Origin: a virus
DNA length: 43,906 bases
Direction: 5' to 3' (one strand)
IMG/VR virus record: IMGVR_UViG_3300029215_000011
The position numbers were made by a program, and so were the translations under genes. Positions 1 through 9,842 of this stretch are shown here, in pieces (the first letter of the stretch is position 1; each line of letters begins with the position of its first letter). The notes beneath the pieces are model-generated. The model made no database searches. It was given only the letters and a program-made list of their open reading frames with translations, and was not told the origin of the DNA.

Positions 1-5
1 TATAT

Positions 6-81
6 TCCTCTTTAGCTCAGTTGGTAGAGCGCTCGGCTGTTAACCGATAGGTCGTTGGTTCGAGTCCAACAAGAGGAGCCA
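6..81 (+). tRNA. tRNA-Asn (anticodon GTT), CCA encoded; prophage attachment target
   Basis: Acceptor TCCTCTT pairs with AAGAGGA; CTGTTAA anticodon loop; GGTTCGAGTCC T-arm; 3' CCA. Confidence 0.95.
44..81 (+). repeat. attL core (38 bp, 3' part of tRNA-Asn)
   Basis: CCGATAGGTCGTTGGTTCGAGTCCAACAAGAGGAGCCA is repeated exactly at 35622-35659. Confidence 0.93.
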
Positions 82-90
82 CAAGCACTA

Positions 91-135
91 GAGCCAAGCG
101 ATATTCAAAATTCGCTTGGCTCACTTCTTTTTTTC
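91..135. terminator. Intrinsic terminator between tRNA and int
   Basis: GAGCCAAGCG...CGCTTGGCTC stem followed by a T-rich run. Confidence 0.8.
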
Positions 136-179
136 ATTTCCCGATTTTTTCCCGACTTGGTTTTGTATAAAATCGGCTT

Positions 180-1445
180 TTATACAATTAAATCATCAAG
201 TAGGGATGCTGTTTTCGACTTATCATCTGGAAATACAAAAATATAATATTTTTCTGTAATTTTAATTGAACTATGTCCTAACAGTGCTTTTACATCGTGT
301 ATGTTAGCACCGCGTCGTATAAGTGTAGTCGCATATGTATCTCGAATACTATGTGGCTTTTTCTTTTCTAATTTTGCCCTTTTCAAAAATCGTTCCCAGG
401 ACCTGGAGAAGTTTTTCATATCAATAGGGTTACATGTTTCTGTTGTAAATAATAAAGAGTTATCATCAAATTTTAAATTGTTTTCTTTCCATTTTTTTTC
501 TTGCTCTTTAAAATATAATTCTAAAGTATCAAAAAATGGAATAGGGAATGGAATATCACGGATACTAGATTTTGATTTAGGGCGTATTAATTTTGTTTCT
601 CTATGCCAATTAATGTCATCATCATATATTTTTACCCTTTTTAATGTATTCCTAACTTTTACAATATATTTTGAAACAAATTTCTTTTTCATTCCTAATA
701 ATTCGCCTAAACGCAGTCCAGTAATAAGGTCCAACATTATAGCAACATTAAAGGTGTTATTTTCATTTATTTTGTATTTTAAATTATCAGTAATAATCTT
801 TATTTCTTCATCAGAAAAAGCTTGTATATTTTCACCCTCGTCGGTTTCATCTTCAAATCCATCTGCATTACCAGGCAATCGTATATGAGATAAGGTGCAG
901 GGATTATCTAATGTTATTTTTTCAGTAATGCACCAAGTAAAAAAGGACCTTAATGTTTTGTTTAAATCGAAAATTTTGTTAGTACTTACTTCTTTATGCT
1001 GAACTTTATTAGATTTTAAATCTATAATATCAATTCCATTTTTATATAAGTCATTATAATAATTCTGAAAAGGTTTAGAAACTGCATTTTGTATAAGAAT
1101 ATAACCAATTTCTCTATTTTTTATATAATTTCTATAATTACATTCATGTTTATCAAATGTTGCGGATTTTACATCTCGTGAATTTATAAGTACATTAAAT
1201 AACCAATAATGCATACCTTGTTCGATAGTCATTTTTTCAGCTTTTACATTTATTCCATCTTTTAATTTCTGCATATATTCTTCGATTTTTCGGTCGCAGT
1301 CTTTTTCACCATCGCCATAAAATTCCTTTTTTTTAGGTTTTCCATTAATATCATATCCAATTGTTTTAGTCTTTCTAAAATATTGTATGCCATTTTTTGT
1401 ATAGTTGTATTTCTTTGCCATTTTAGTTAATTCACCTCCTTTCAA
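180..1445 (-). CDS. int: Phage tyrosine recombinase/integrase
   Basis: C-terminal HSIRDTYATTLIRRGANIHDVKALLGHSSIKITEKYY motif; adjacent to attL. Start may be internal (MAKKYNYTKNG...). Confidence 0.95.
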   Translation of the reverse strand: MKGGELTKMAKKYNYTKNGIQYFRKTKTIGYDINGKPKKKEFYGDGEKDCDRKIEEYMQKLKDGINVKAEKMTIEQGMHYWLFNVLINSRDVKSATFDKHECNYRNYIKNREIGYILIQNAVSKPFQNYYNDLYKNGIDIIDLKSNKVQHKEVSTNKIFDLNKTLRSFFTWCITEKITLDNPCTLSHIRLPGNADGFEDETDEGENIQAFSDEEIKIITDNLKYKINENNTFNVAIMLDLITGLRLGELLGMKKKFVSKYIVKVRNTLKRVKIYDDDINWHRETKLIRPKSKSSIRDIPFPIPFFDTLELYFKEQEKKWKENNLKFDDNSLLFTTETCNPIDMKNFSRSWERFLKRAKLEKKKPHSIRDTYATTLIRRGANIHDVKALLGHSSIKITEKYYIFVFPDDKSKTASLLDDLIV

Positions 1446-1492
1446 ATAAAAAAATAAAGGTATTTAATATATACCTTTATCTTTTGTAAAAA

Positions 1493-1705
1493 CTATTTAA
1501 ATAAATCTTTTAAAAATTTTAGCGGATCAAATGTAGTTTTATGATATATTTTATTTTGTAACGCTCTTTTGGGATTTTTTATATATCCTATTCCTTTTTT
1601 TCCATATAGTGGGTTAACAGCTTTTTTCATTTTTCTTTTTAGTTTTCCAGTTGTTCTGGCTTTTACTCTTTTCTTTATGTTTATTTTTCGTGGTCCAAAT
1701 TTCAT
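1493..1705 (-). CDS. Small very basic hypothetical protein
   Basis: ORF between int and repressor, Lys/Arg-rich. Confidence 0.6.
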   Translation of the reverse strand: MKFGPRKINIKKRVKARTTGKLKRKMKKAVNPLYGKKGIGYIKNPKRALQNKIYHKTTFDPLKFLKDLFK

Positions 1706-1708
1706 TTG

Positions 1709-2062
1709 TTAATCCTCCTTTTTTTCGTCTTTCTCTTGCTTATCCAATAGTGCTTCCATTGTATTTTCTATTATCATTTTGTTTGTGTTATCTAATCTTT
1801 TGATATTTTTTATAAAAGCAATATCTTTTTCAGTCAAATTAAGTGTATTTTGAGGTGTTCTTTCATCTGTTCGGCACATTAAATAGTCCATAGTACAATT
1901 AAAAATTTCACATAATTTATATTTTATAGCATCATCTGGAAAATTTCTATTTACTTCATAATTTGCAATAGTAGAACGACTTACACCACATAATATTCCT
2001 AATTTTTCTTGAGATATATTCAGAGAAGTGCGTAAATATTTTAATCTATCTCCAAATTTCAT
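1709..2062 (-). CDS. CI-like HTH-XRE repressor
   Basis: LRTSLNISQEKLGILCGVSRSTIANYEVN HTH; divergently oriented from the early genes. Confidence 0.85.
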   Translation of the reverse strand: MKFGDRLKYLRTSLNISQEKLGILCGVSRSTIANYEVNRNFPDDAIKYKLCEIFNCTMDYLMCRTDERTPQNTLNLTEKDIAFIKNIKRLDNTNKMIIENTMEALLDKQEKDEKKED

Positions 2063-2188
2063 AGATTTACACCCCTTTCTATATAACTAATATAGCACAA
2101 ATTGACACAAAAGTAAACAATTATATGAAATAATGTAACATAATGTAACAATGAATAATAAAAAAATAAAATTTTTTTCTAAAAAGTA

Positions 2189-2217
2189 TTGACACAAAAT
2201 GAAACAAATAATATAAT
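2189..2217 (+). promoter_or_regulatory. Early rightward promoter
   Basis: TTGACA (2189-2194), 17 bp, TATAAT (2212-2217): perfect consensus. Confidence 0.88.
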
Positions 2218-2257
2218 GCAATTGTCAGAAAATGAAACGAAAGGAGGTAAAATTTAT

Positions 2258-2470
2258 ATGCCAAAAAATAATGCATTGATAAGCCTAAGATTAAAAAAAG
2301 GTTTATCACAACAAGAAGTTGCAGATAAAGCTGATATATCAAGAAGTTCTTATAGTTTCTATGAAAATGGAAAGAGGATTCCAAATCTAAAAACTGCAAT
2401 GAAAATTATGGAAGTTTTGCAACCAGATGATTGTAAAGAAATGGTAAATCCGTTTAAATATTTAGTTTAA
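2258..2470 (+). CDS. Cro-like HTH-XRE regulator
   Basis: RLKKGLSQQEVADKADISRSSYSFYENGKR; RBS AAAGGAGG upstream of ATG 2258. Confidence 0.85.
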   Translation: MPKNNALISLRLKKGLSQQEVADKADISRSSYSFYENGKRIPNLKTAMKIMEVLQPDDCKEMVNPFKYLV

Positions 2471-2524
2471 TTTTTTTTGATTTAAATTGTCACAAAAAGA
2501 AACAAGAAAGGATGTTGAATAAAT

Positions 2525-2767
2525 ATGATACCAAAATACATAAGTGCAGAAGAATATGCACGACAATCTGGAATGGGAGCTGAAGAAGTAAAAAGGCAAT
2601 GTAGGATTGGAGAGATACCCTGCAAAATGACAGAAAAGGGACACTATAAAATACCTATTTATGATGATGCAGTTCCGGTTGAAGAATACAACAAGTTAAA
2701 AGATGAAAACACAAAGCTAAAAACAATATTACAACAATTTAATACAACAATTAACACATTAGTTTGA
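2525..2767 (+). CDS. Small MerR/excisionase-like HTH protein
   Basis: ISAEEYARQSGMGAEEVKRQCRIGEIPCKMTEKGHYKIPI. Confidence 0.6.
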   Translation: MIPKYISAEEYARQSGMGAEEVKRQCRIGEIPCKMTEKGHYKIPIYDDAVPVEEYNKLKDENTKLKTILQQFNTTINTLV

Positions 2768-2949
2768 AGGGAGGTGAGCAGATATGCAAGAGTTAAAGAT
2801 AATTTTAGGAAATGCGATGATGTTATTCTTCTTTATAATTTTTATTGCAAATGTATTAATAACAGCATCAGATTTTACAAGAAAATACAAAAGCATGAAA
2901 AGAAAAGCAAGAAAATACGAAAGATTAGTTAAAATGGGAGGAAATTTAT

Positions 2950-3276
2950 ATGTTTAATTTAAGTGAATGTACAAAAACAATAACAAGACAAGGAGAAAAA
3001 ATAATGAAACAAGAAGACAGACTTTTTGCAAAAACACAGGTAATTAAAGACCTTTGCGAAGAAAATACAGTTCTATATTTAGAAAATAAAGAGCTAAGAG
3101 AAGAAAACGAGAGTTTAATATACGCAAAGGATATTGCAGAAAAAAGAAATGTTGAATATGCAAGAATAATAAAAAACATTGCAGATGAGTTAAATGTAAA
3201 TCAATACAATAGTGTAATTAATTTACAAAATAAAATAAAAAGCATGTTAACTATGTCGGGTAAACATTGCAGTTAA
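2950..3276 (+). CDS. Hypothetical phage protein (coiled-coil)
   Basis: ORF in early operon. Confidence 0.6.
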   Translation: MFNLSECTKTITRQGEKIMKQEDRLFAKTQVIKDLCEENTVLYLENKELREENESLIYAKDIAEKRNVEYARIIKNIADELNVNQYNSVINLQNKIKSMLTMSGKHCS

Positions 3277-3355
3277 CATACTACACAAATTACAAAAGTA
3301 TTTTGTAATTAAATATTAACATAATTTTTTATTAAAATCAAGGGAGGATTTTTTT

Positions 3356-3559
3356 ATGGAAGAACAAGAAAAAATATTTTTGGGGTATGAAATAACAAAG
3401 ATTAAAACAAGCAGAAATTTGATAGAAAATGTTAAAAATCTTTTGGTAGATGTTGATGATGTTGATGAGATTTATGACCAGCTAGCAGAAATAGAAGTTT
3501 CTTTGTTAGATATGGAAAGCGAAAAAGAGCTAAAAATGGAAAGGTTGTGTCAAGGATGA
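3356..3559 (+). CDS. Hypothetical phage protein
   Basis: ORF upstream of and overlapping the YqaJ-like gene. Confidence 0.6.
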   Translation: MEEQEKIFLGYEITKIKTSRNLIENVKNLLVDVDDVDEIYDQLAEIEVSLLDMESEKELKMERLCQG

Positions 3560-4182
3560 CTAGAGCGGATTGGTTGGAAGAACGAAAGAAAGGCATTGGT
3601 GGCAGTGATGCTGCTACCATACTGGGTTTAAATCCGTATAAGACAACGATTGAATTATGGGAAGAAAAAACTGGTAGAAGAGAGGCACCAGATATATCAT
3701 ATAAACCATATGTAAAATATGGAACCACGATGGAACCTATATTAAGGGAAAGTTTTAAAATTAAGCATCCTGAATTTGAAGTACTACATGAGGAAAATAC
3801 AATTATGAAGCATCCAGTATATCCATTTTTGTTCGCTAGTTTGGATGGGATATTAGTAAACAAAGAAACAGGAGAAAAAGGAATACTTGAAATAAAAACA
3901 TCAGAAATATTAAGGTCAATGCAAAAGGAAAAATGGAAAGATAAAATCCCAGATAATTATTATTGCCAAGTATTACACTATTTAAATGTTACAGGTTTTA
4001 CATTTGTAAAATTATTCGCAGAGCTTACATACGGAGAAGATTATCAGGCAAATAAAACATACACAATTGATAGAAAAGATGTTGAAAATGACATAAAACT
4101 GTTGCAAGAAAAGGAAATTCAGTTTTGGAAAGAGTACATTGAAAAAGATAAAAGACCACCGCTAGTTTTACCTAATTTTTAA
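3547..4182 (+). CDS. YqaJ-family viral recombinase/exonuclease
   Basis: RKKGIGGSDAATILGLNPYKTTIELWEEKTG and FASLDGILV...GILEIKTS motifs. Confidence 0.92.
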   Translation: MSRMTRADWLEERKKGIGGSDAATILGLNPYKTTIELWEEKTGRREAPDISYKPYVKYGTTMEPILRESFKIKHPEFEVLHEENTIMKHPVYPFLFASLDGILVNKETGEKGILEIKTSEILRSMQKEKWKDKIPDNYYCQVLHYLNVTGFTFVKLFAELTYGEDYQANKTYTIDRKDVENDIKLLQEKEIQFWKEYIEKDKRPPLVLPNF

Positions 4183-4200
4183 TATAAGGAGAGATTTATT

Positions 4201-5295
4201 ATGGAATTAAAAACAGAGGATATAAAGGCTCTAGAGCCAGTAAAATTTAATTATGAAGAATTAAAAAAAGAATTGACTGAAAAAGTTGAAAATTATAAAA
4301 ACCTAGTTTATACAGAAGAAAATATTAACATGGCAAAAAAGGATCGTGCTAATCTTAACAAATTAAAAAAGGCAATTAATGATGAAAAGATAAGAGTTAA
4401 AAACACACTATTAGCTCCATATACAGATTTTGAAAGTAAATGTAAAGAGCTAATAGAAATTGTAGATGTATCTGTAGAAAATGTTGACAGACAAGTAAAA
4501 GCATTTGAAGATGAAGAAAAAAGAGCAAAGAGGGAAGAAATCCAAAAATATTTTAACGAACATGTAGGACATTTTAAAGATGTAATTATTTTTGAAAACG
4601 TTTTTGAAGATAGATGGTTAAATAAAACAACTGCAATGAAAACAGTGCAAGCAGACATTGAACATATTTTTTCCAGAGCAACTTCAGATTTAACAGTGAT
4701 TGAATCGACTGTTTCAGATAAAGAAATACAAAAGCAATGTATTGCATTTTACTTTAAAAATATAACAAATCCATCTATTTTAGGAACAACAATACAAAAA
4801 GCAAGAGAACTTATAGAAGAGCAAAAAAAGATTGAAGAGCTAAAACAAGCAGAAATAAAAAAGGCAGAAGGGACAAAAAGCACAGAAAATGGGACAGAAA
4901 GCACAGAAAATGGGACAGAAAAGAAAATCACAATTGCCTTTTTAGCACAAGAGATGGTAAATGAACAAATGCAAGCACTAAAAAAATGTTTAAAAGACAA
5001 TAATATTAAATACGGACCAGTTCCTGGATTTCAAAAAAGTAAAAAGCCGTTAGTATTAGATTATTCGGAGAGCAAAGATGATTATGAGGATATAAGAGGA
5101 CAAGAATTATATAACGAAATCGAAAAAATAAATTTTTCTGTATACAATTTAGCAGATTGTCCAGAGGATGCAATAATTGGAAGAGATTTATTTACAGCAG
5201 ATGATTACATAGATGCATTGTGCAAAGGGATGGAATTAGCCAAGAAAGGTTATACAGATATTGAAATAAATGAAATTGAAAGCGAGGAAGAGTAA
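4201..5295 (+). CDS. DUF1351-like phage recombination-associated protein
   Basis: Coiled-coil protein between the exonuclease and RecT; family assignment from memory. Confidence 0.7.
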   Translation: MELKTEDIKALEPVKFNYEELKKELTEKVENYKNLVYTEENINMAKKDRANLNKLKKAINDEKIRVKNTLLAPYTDFESKCKELIEIVDVSVENVDRQVKAFEDEEKRAKREEIQKYFNEHVGHFKDVIIFENVFEDRWLNKTTAMKTVQADIEHIFSRATSDLTVIESTVSDKEIQKQCIAFYFKNITNPSILGTTIQKARELIEEQKKIEELKQAEIKKAEGTKSTENGTESTENGTEKKITIAFLAQEMVNEQMQALKKCLKDNNIKYGPVPGFQKSKKPLVLDYSESKDDYEDIRGQELYNEIEKINFSVYNLADCPEDAIIGRDLFTADDYIDALCKGMELAKKGYTDIEINEIESEEE

Positions 5296-5296
5296 T

Positions 5297-6160
5297 ATGG
5301 TAAATAATAGTTTAGTAAAGCAAAATCAAAAACAAACATTTAGTGCATTTTTAGCGACAGATGCAATGAAAAAGAAAATAAATGAAATGGTTGGAGGAGA
5401 GAAAGGACAACAATTTGTAACATCAATAATATCAGCTGTTTCTGCAAACCCACAGTTAGCAGAATGTGATAATGCAAGTATAGTATCCGCAGCTTTAGTT
5501 GGTCAAGCTTTAAATTTAAGTCCTAGCCCTCAATTAGGACAATTTTATATGGTACCTTTTAACGATAATAAAAGAGGTTGTAAGGTAGCACAATTTCAGA
5601 TTGGTTATAAGGGATACATACAACTAGCAATCAGAAGCGGACAGTATAAGAAATTAAATGTACTTGCAATCAAAGAAGGAGAGCTAAAAAGATACGATTC
5701 ATTGAATGAAGAAATTGAAGTTGAGCTTATTGAAGATGAAGAGAAAAGAGAAAATGCGGAAACAATTGGATATTATGCAATGTTCGAATATCTAAATGGA
5801 TTTAGAAAAACTCTTTATTGGAGTAAAGCAAAGATGGAACAACACGCACTAAAATATTCTATGGGTTACAGAGCGAAAAAGGGGTATACATTCTGGGAAA
5901 AGGATTTTGATGGAATGGCAATAAAAACAATGTTAAGACAGTTAATTTCTAAATGGGGAATTATGAGTATTGATTTAACAATGCAAAAAGCTCTAGAAAG
6001 TGATATGGCTGTTGTAAAAGAAGATGGAACATACGACTATATAGATAATAACGACATAGATGATATGAAAGAAAATATACCGGAGACATTTGAAAATGAA
6101 AATATTAATACAAACGATTTTCAAGAAGATGACGATATAATGAATAACTTTTTTGATTAA
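5297..6160 (+). CDS. recT: RecT-family single-strand annealing protein
   Basis: LGQALNLSPSPQLGQFYMVPFND...KVAQFQIGYKGYIQLAIRSGQYK...MAIKTMLRQLISKWG. Confidence 0.95.
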   Translation: MVNNSLVKQNQKQTFSAFLATDAMKKKINEMVGGEKGQQFVTSIISAVSANPQLAECDNASIVSAALVGQALNLSPSPQLGQFYMVPFNDNKRGCKVAQFQIGYKGYIQLAIRSGQYKKLNVLAIKEGELKRYDSLNEEIEVELIEDEEKRENAETIGYYAMFEYLNGFRKTLYWSKAKMEQHALKYSMGYRAKKGYTFWEKDFDGMAIKTMLRQLISKWGIMSIDLTMQKALESDMAVVKEDGTYDYIDNNDIDDMKENIPETFENENINTNDFQEDDDIMNNFFD

Positions 6161-6206
6161 AAACTAGGGAATTAAATCCCTAGTTTCAATAAGGAGGACG
6201 CAAAAG

Positions 6207-6771
6207 ATGAATGATACTGGATGGATAAGCTTATATAGAAAATTCACTGAGTGGGAGTGGTATACAGATGCTAACACAATGAGAGTATTTTTACATTTAT
6301 TATTAAAAGCAAATCATAAAGAAGGTCATTGGCAAGGTAAAATTATACAGAGAGGTCAACTAATAACAGGAAGAAAAACAATCGCAGATGAATTAAAAAT
6401 ATCTGAAAGAAGTGTAAGGACGGCTCTAGATAAGCTAAAAATGACCAACGAAATAACCATCGAATCGACCAACAAATTTTCTATTGTAACCATTGTAAAA
6501 TATGATATTTACCAAGATAATCAAAAAGAGAACGACCAACAAGATGACCAACAAGATGACCAACGGGCGACCAGCAAGTGACCAGCAAACGACCACAAAC
6601 AATAATAATAATAATAACAATAATATTATTTATTTTAATTTATTAAATAAATATAAAAGCAACGATTTTCCATCTGGTTTATCTGTAATCGAAAAAGTAC
6701 GCAAAGATCCAGAATATTTATTGCTTAACGATGATGACAAAATTAGTTTAGAAATGGAGTTAACGCTATGA
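6207..6771 (+). CDS. Phage replication/replisome-organizer-like protein, split by +1 frame change at CGG 6564-6566
   Basis: ORF 6207-6581 continues at 6565 in the +1 frame (GRPASDQQTTTNNNN...LEMELTL) to TGA 6769-6771, which overlaps the next ATG (ATGA). Confidence 0.8.
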
Positions 6772-7113
6772 GTAAATATAAAAATATAAGAGTAATGGTT
6801 GATGGGATTAAATTTGATAGCAAAGCTGAGGCAAGGAGATATGCTGAATTAAAGCTTATGGAAGATACTGGACATATTAAAGAGCTAAAACTACAACCAA
6901 AATTTGAATTACAGCCAAAATATAAAAACAATAAAGGAGAAACAATTAGGGCTATTATATATAAAGCAGATTTTAGCTACATAGAAACACATTCCCAAGG
7001 TCGGAAAACTAATCGTTGAAGATGTAAAGGGTATAGAAACTAAAGAGTTTAAGCTAAAAAAGAAAATGCTTGAATACAAGTTCCCTGATATAGATTTTAG
7101 AATTATTAAATAA
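6768..7113 (+). CDS. DUF1064-family phage protein, split by +1 frame change at CGG 7002-7004
   Basis: KYKNIRVMVDGIKFDSKAEARRYAELKLM... then, after skipping C7002, GKLIVEDVKGIETKEFKLKKKMLEYKFPDIDFRIIK. Confidence 0.85.
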
Positions 7114-7132
7114 CAAAAGAGAAGGAGGAACT

Positions 7133-7501
7133 ATGGAAGATATAAAAGTTAGAGATTATGTAAGGACTTTTAATGGAGAGATATTCAAAATAGTAGGCAT
7201 GAAACGCAATAAAGGTCTAACAATGTATCTTACAGACAGCTATAGTCAATATAGCGATACTGTATTAATGCAATGTGCAAAAGCACACTCAAAACAAATT
7301 GAGGAGCTGATTGAAAAAGGAGACATTATTAAATATAGAGTTAATTGCAGGTTTACGCAGTTAGGCATAGCAAAAGAATATACAAATGTAACTACACAAG
7401 ATGTATACATTGGTGTTGAAGGCTGGGGATTAAACCAAATTGAGATAATAAAAATTTACACCAAAGAAGAATTTGAAATGATGGGATACGAGGTGGTTTA
7501 A
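7133..7501 (+). CDS. Hypothetical phage protein
   Basis: ORF with RBS GAAGGAGG. Confidence 0.65.
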   Translation: MEDIKVRDYVRTFNGEIFKIVGMKRNKGLTMYLTDSYSQYSDTVLMQCAKAHSKQIEELIEKGDIIKYRVNCRFTQLGIAKEYTNVTTQDVYIGVEGWGLNQIEIIKIYTKEEFEMMGYEVV

Positions 7502-7632
7502 ATGAAAAATTGGATTTATATTTTAAAAATTGTGTTGGCACTTACAATTATGGTAATCGGTTTATTTGGAATAGGCTGGTTTATTGGCAATTTAATTGCT
7601 ATTCAAATGGAATGTGGAGGATAATAAAATTT

Positions 7633-7968
7633 ATGAAAGATGAAAAAGGAGAAGTATATATTTTTATAATGTTTGCAATTGTAGCAATAACATTGATTAT
7701 ACTTGTAACAATATCAATTTTTTTAATAGTTAACGATATTAATTACGGTGCGAAACAAGGTACAATAGTAGATAAAAGCTATAGTGGACCATATACAACC
7801 TATATATCAAGTAGGATAGGAAACTCAACTGTAATAACACCACAATATCATCCAGAAGCATATAGTATAAAAATACAAAAAGATGAAGATGGAAAAATAA
7901 AAGAATGTTGGATTGATATATCACCACAAGAATATGAAAAATATAACATAGGAGATTATTATAATTAG
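7633..7968 (+). CDS. Hypothetical membrane-anchored protein
   Basis: N-terminal transmembrane segment FIMFAIVAITLIILVTISIFLIV. Confidence 0.6.
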   Translation: MKDEKGEVYIFIMFAIVAITLIILVTISIFLIVNDINYGAKQGTIVDKSYSGPYTTYISSRIGNSTVITPQYHPEAYSIKIQKDEDGKIKECWIDISPQEYEKYNIGDYYN

Positions 7969-7980
7969 GAGGTGTTTTAA

Positions 7981-8448
7981 GTGGAAGAAAATATTGAAAT
8001 ATTAATAGAAAAAATGAATAAAGAGTTGGATTTTCTTATAGAAAATGCTAATAAAACAGAACAATTAACTGCAACAAGCATTATGACAATGAAACAACCT
8101 ATAATATTATTATTTTTAAGTGTTTTATCAAATTACCAAAAAGTATTAAAAGAAAATGAAACCTTAAAATGTTCTATTGCAGTAGCCAACAAGTTAGAAG
8201 AACTAATAAAAGAAGACTTTATACCAAAAGGAAAAATTGTAGATATAATAGAAAAAGAAGAATATATAAAAGTTAGCATAAAAGATATATTTGATGTAAA
8301 AATACATAATTTTAATTATTTATCTGAAACAGATTGGTCAGAAGCTCAAAGAATTATAGATAAAGAAGTTGCAAACATCTTGCAACAGATTTTACAAGAA
8401 TTATTAGAAAGTGAGGAAACAAATGATAAAAATAATAAAAAAGGGTAG
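7981..8448 (+). CDS. Hypothetical phage protein
   Basis: ORF. Confidence 0.6.
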   Translation: MEENIEILIEKMNKELDFLIENANKTEQLTATSIMTMKQPIILLFLSVLSNYQKVLKENETLKCSIAVANKLEELIKEDFIPKGKIVDIIEKEEYIKVSIKDIFDVKIHNFNYLSETDWSEAQRIIDKEVANILQQILQELLESEETNDKNNKKG

Positions 8449-8914
8449 GATTCCAGGAGAGGTTGAAAGGATAAAAAAATGCTATAAATGTAAAACTATT
8501 TTTTCGTATCTAAAATCTGATAGAGAAATTTATGGATTTTCTCCTGATGATTGGTACTATGTGGTTAGATGCCCTTTATGTGGAAACGGAGCTGTAACCC
8601 ATATTTGGGATAAAAAGAAAAAAATCGATGAAGGGAAAAAAATAACATATAGAACTAACCAAGATAATAGATATGAGAATTTGCATACAGCATTATTTAA
8701 AAACGGCAAAAAGGAAGTTTTATCAGAATCTGTTAAGCCAGGATTTAAAACTTTAAAAATCGAAAGTGATGGTTTTATAACAAAAGTATATATAAATAAT
8801 ATTGAACAAAAATATATTAAAAATTTGCTAATATTTCAAAACGCAGGAGAACTTATGGATATATACTTAAATTCAAATGAGGAGGTAAAAAGCAATGAAA
8901 TATATGATAATTAA
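8423..8914 (+). CDS. Zinc-ribbon-like hypothetical protein
   Basis: CYKC...CPLCGN cysteine pairs. Confidence 0.6.
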   Translation: MIKIIKKGRIPGEVERIKKCYKCKTIFSYLKSDREIYGFSPDDWYYVVRCPLCGNGAVTHIWDKKKKIDEGKKITYRTNQDNRYENLHTALFKNGKKEVLSESVKPGFKTLKIESDGFITKVYINNIEQKYIKNLLIFQNAGELMDIYLNSNEEVKSNEIYDN

Positions 8915-9203
8915 TACTTTTTTTGGGTGGCTTTGCAAAGCTCCGTTGTTATATACATCTGTTGATTGGATTATGGCAGTATGTGAGTTAATATTAGTAT
9001 ACATTGCTATTAGTACATACAAGCACAGAAAAGGTTATAGATACTTTATTAATTTTGTCCATGGTCAAAATAGTGAATTTGGAATGGGATATGTTACATT
9101 TTACAAGAAAATCAAAACTGATAAAGACATTAAAGAACTTGAAAAACAGCTAGAAGAAAATAACAACAAAAAAGTTAAAATAATAAATTTCGTAAAAGTT
9201 TAA
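8895..9203 (+). CDS. Hypothetical membrane protein
   Basis: ORF with hydrophobic N-terminus, overlaps upstream gene. Confidence 0.5.
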   Translation: MKYMIINTFFGWLCKAPLLYTSVDWIMAVCELILVYIAISTYKHRKGYRYFINFVHGQNSEFGMGYVTFYKKIKTDKDIKELEKQLEENNNKKVKIINFVKV

Positions 9204-9235
9204 AAACAAACACGAATAGTACATAGGAGGTACAT

Positions 9236-9655
9236 ATGAAAAAGGAATTTTTGGATAATATTGAAAACCTTGAAAATGAAATTAAGGGATTAAAAAGAAG
9301 GTTAAAAAAAATAGAAGAGAAAGAATATAGAGTTGTAGGAGACAGTGTACAAGGTAGCAGTAAATATGCTCCATATACCAAACATAGTATTACAATTGTC
9401 GGGGTTGAAATACCCCGAAATTCAAATTTAAAGTATAAATATAAAAAAATGATAAAAGACAAGTGCTATAAATTAGAAAAGCTAAAATTGCAATTAGAAT
9501 ACGAATTAAACTATGTTAAGGATTCCACTATTAGAGATATTATAAGATACAAATATAACGACAATTTAAGTTGGGTACAAATAATGTTTAAAATGAATTA
9601 CAATAACGAGGATACTGCAAGAAAAAAATTAGAAAGATTTTTGAAAAAAAAATAA
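9236..9655 (+). CDS. Late transcription regulator (sigma-like/ArpU or DUF1492 type)
   Basis: C-terminal SWVQIMFKMNYNNEDTARKKLERFLKKK; located just before the late module. Confidence 0.65.
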   Translation: MKKEFLDNIENLENEIKGLKRRLKKIEEKEYRVVGDSVQGSSKYAPYTKHSITIVGVEIPRNSNLKYKYKKMIKDKCYKLEKLKLQLEYELNYVKDSTIRDIIRYKYNDNLSWVQIMFKMNYNNEDTARKKLERFLKKK

Positions 9656-9804
9656 ATTTGTCCGTTTTGTCCGGTTAAAAGATGTTAAAATGCTATTAGT
9701 GAATAGTTTGAGTGTTCGCTTACTTTGATTTAGTAGGCTTGCCCAGGAACACTCTTATGTACGAATATACTTCGTGTTAGAAATACCCTTATTTTTTGTT
9801 AGAT

Positions 9805-9842
9805 AAAAAGAACAGAATTATAGTTAATCTGTTCTTTTTTGT
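9805..9842 (+). terminator. Intrinsic terminator
   Basis: AAAAAGAACAGA...TCTGTTCTTTTTT. Confidence 0.8.
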
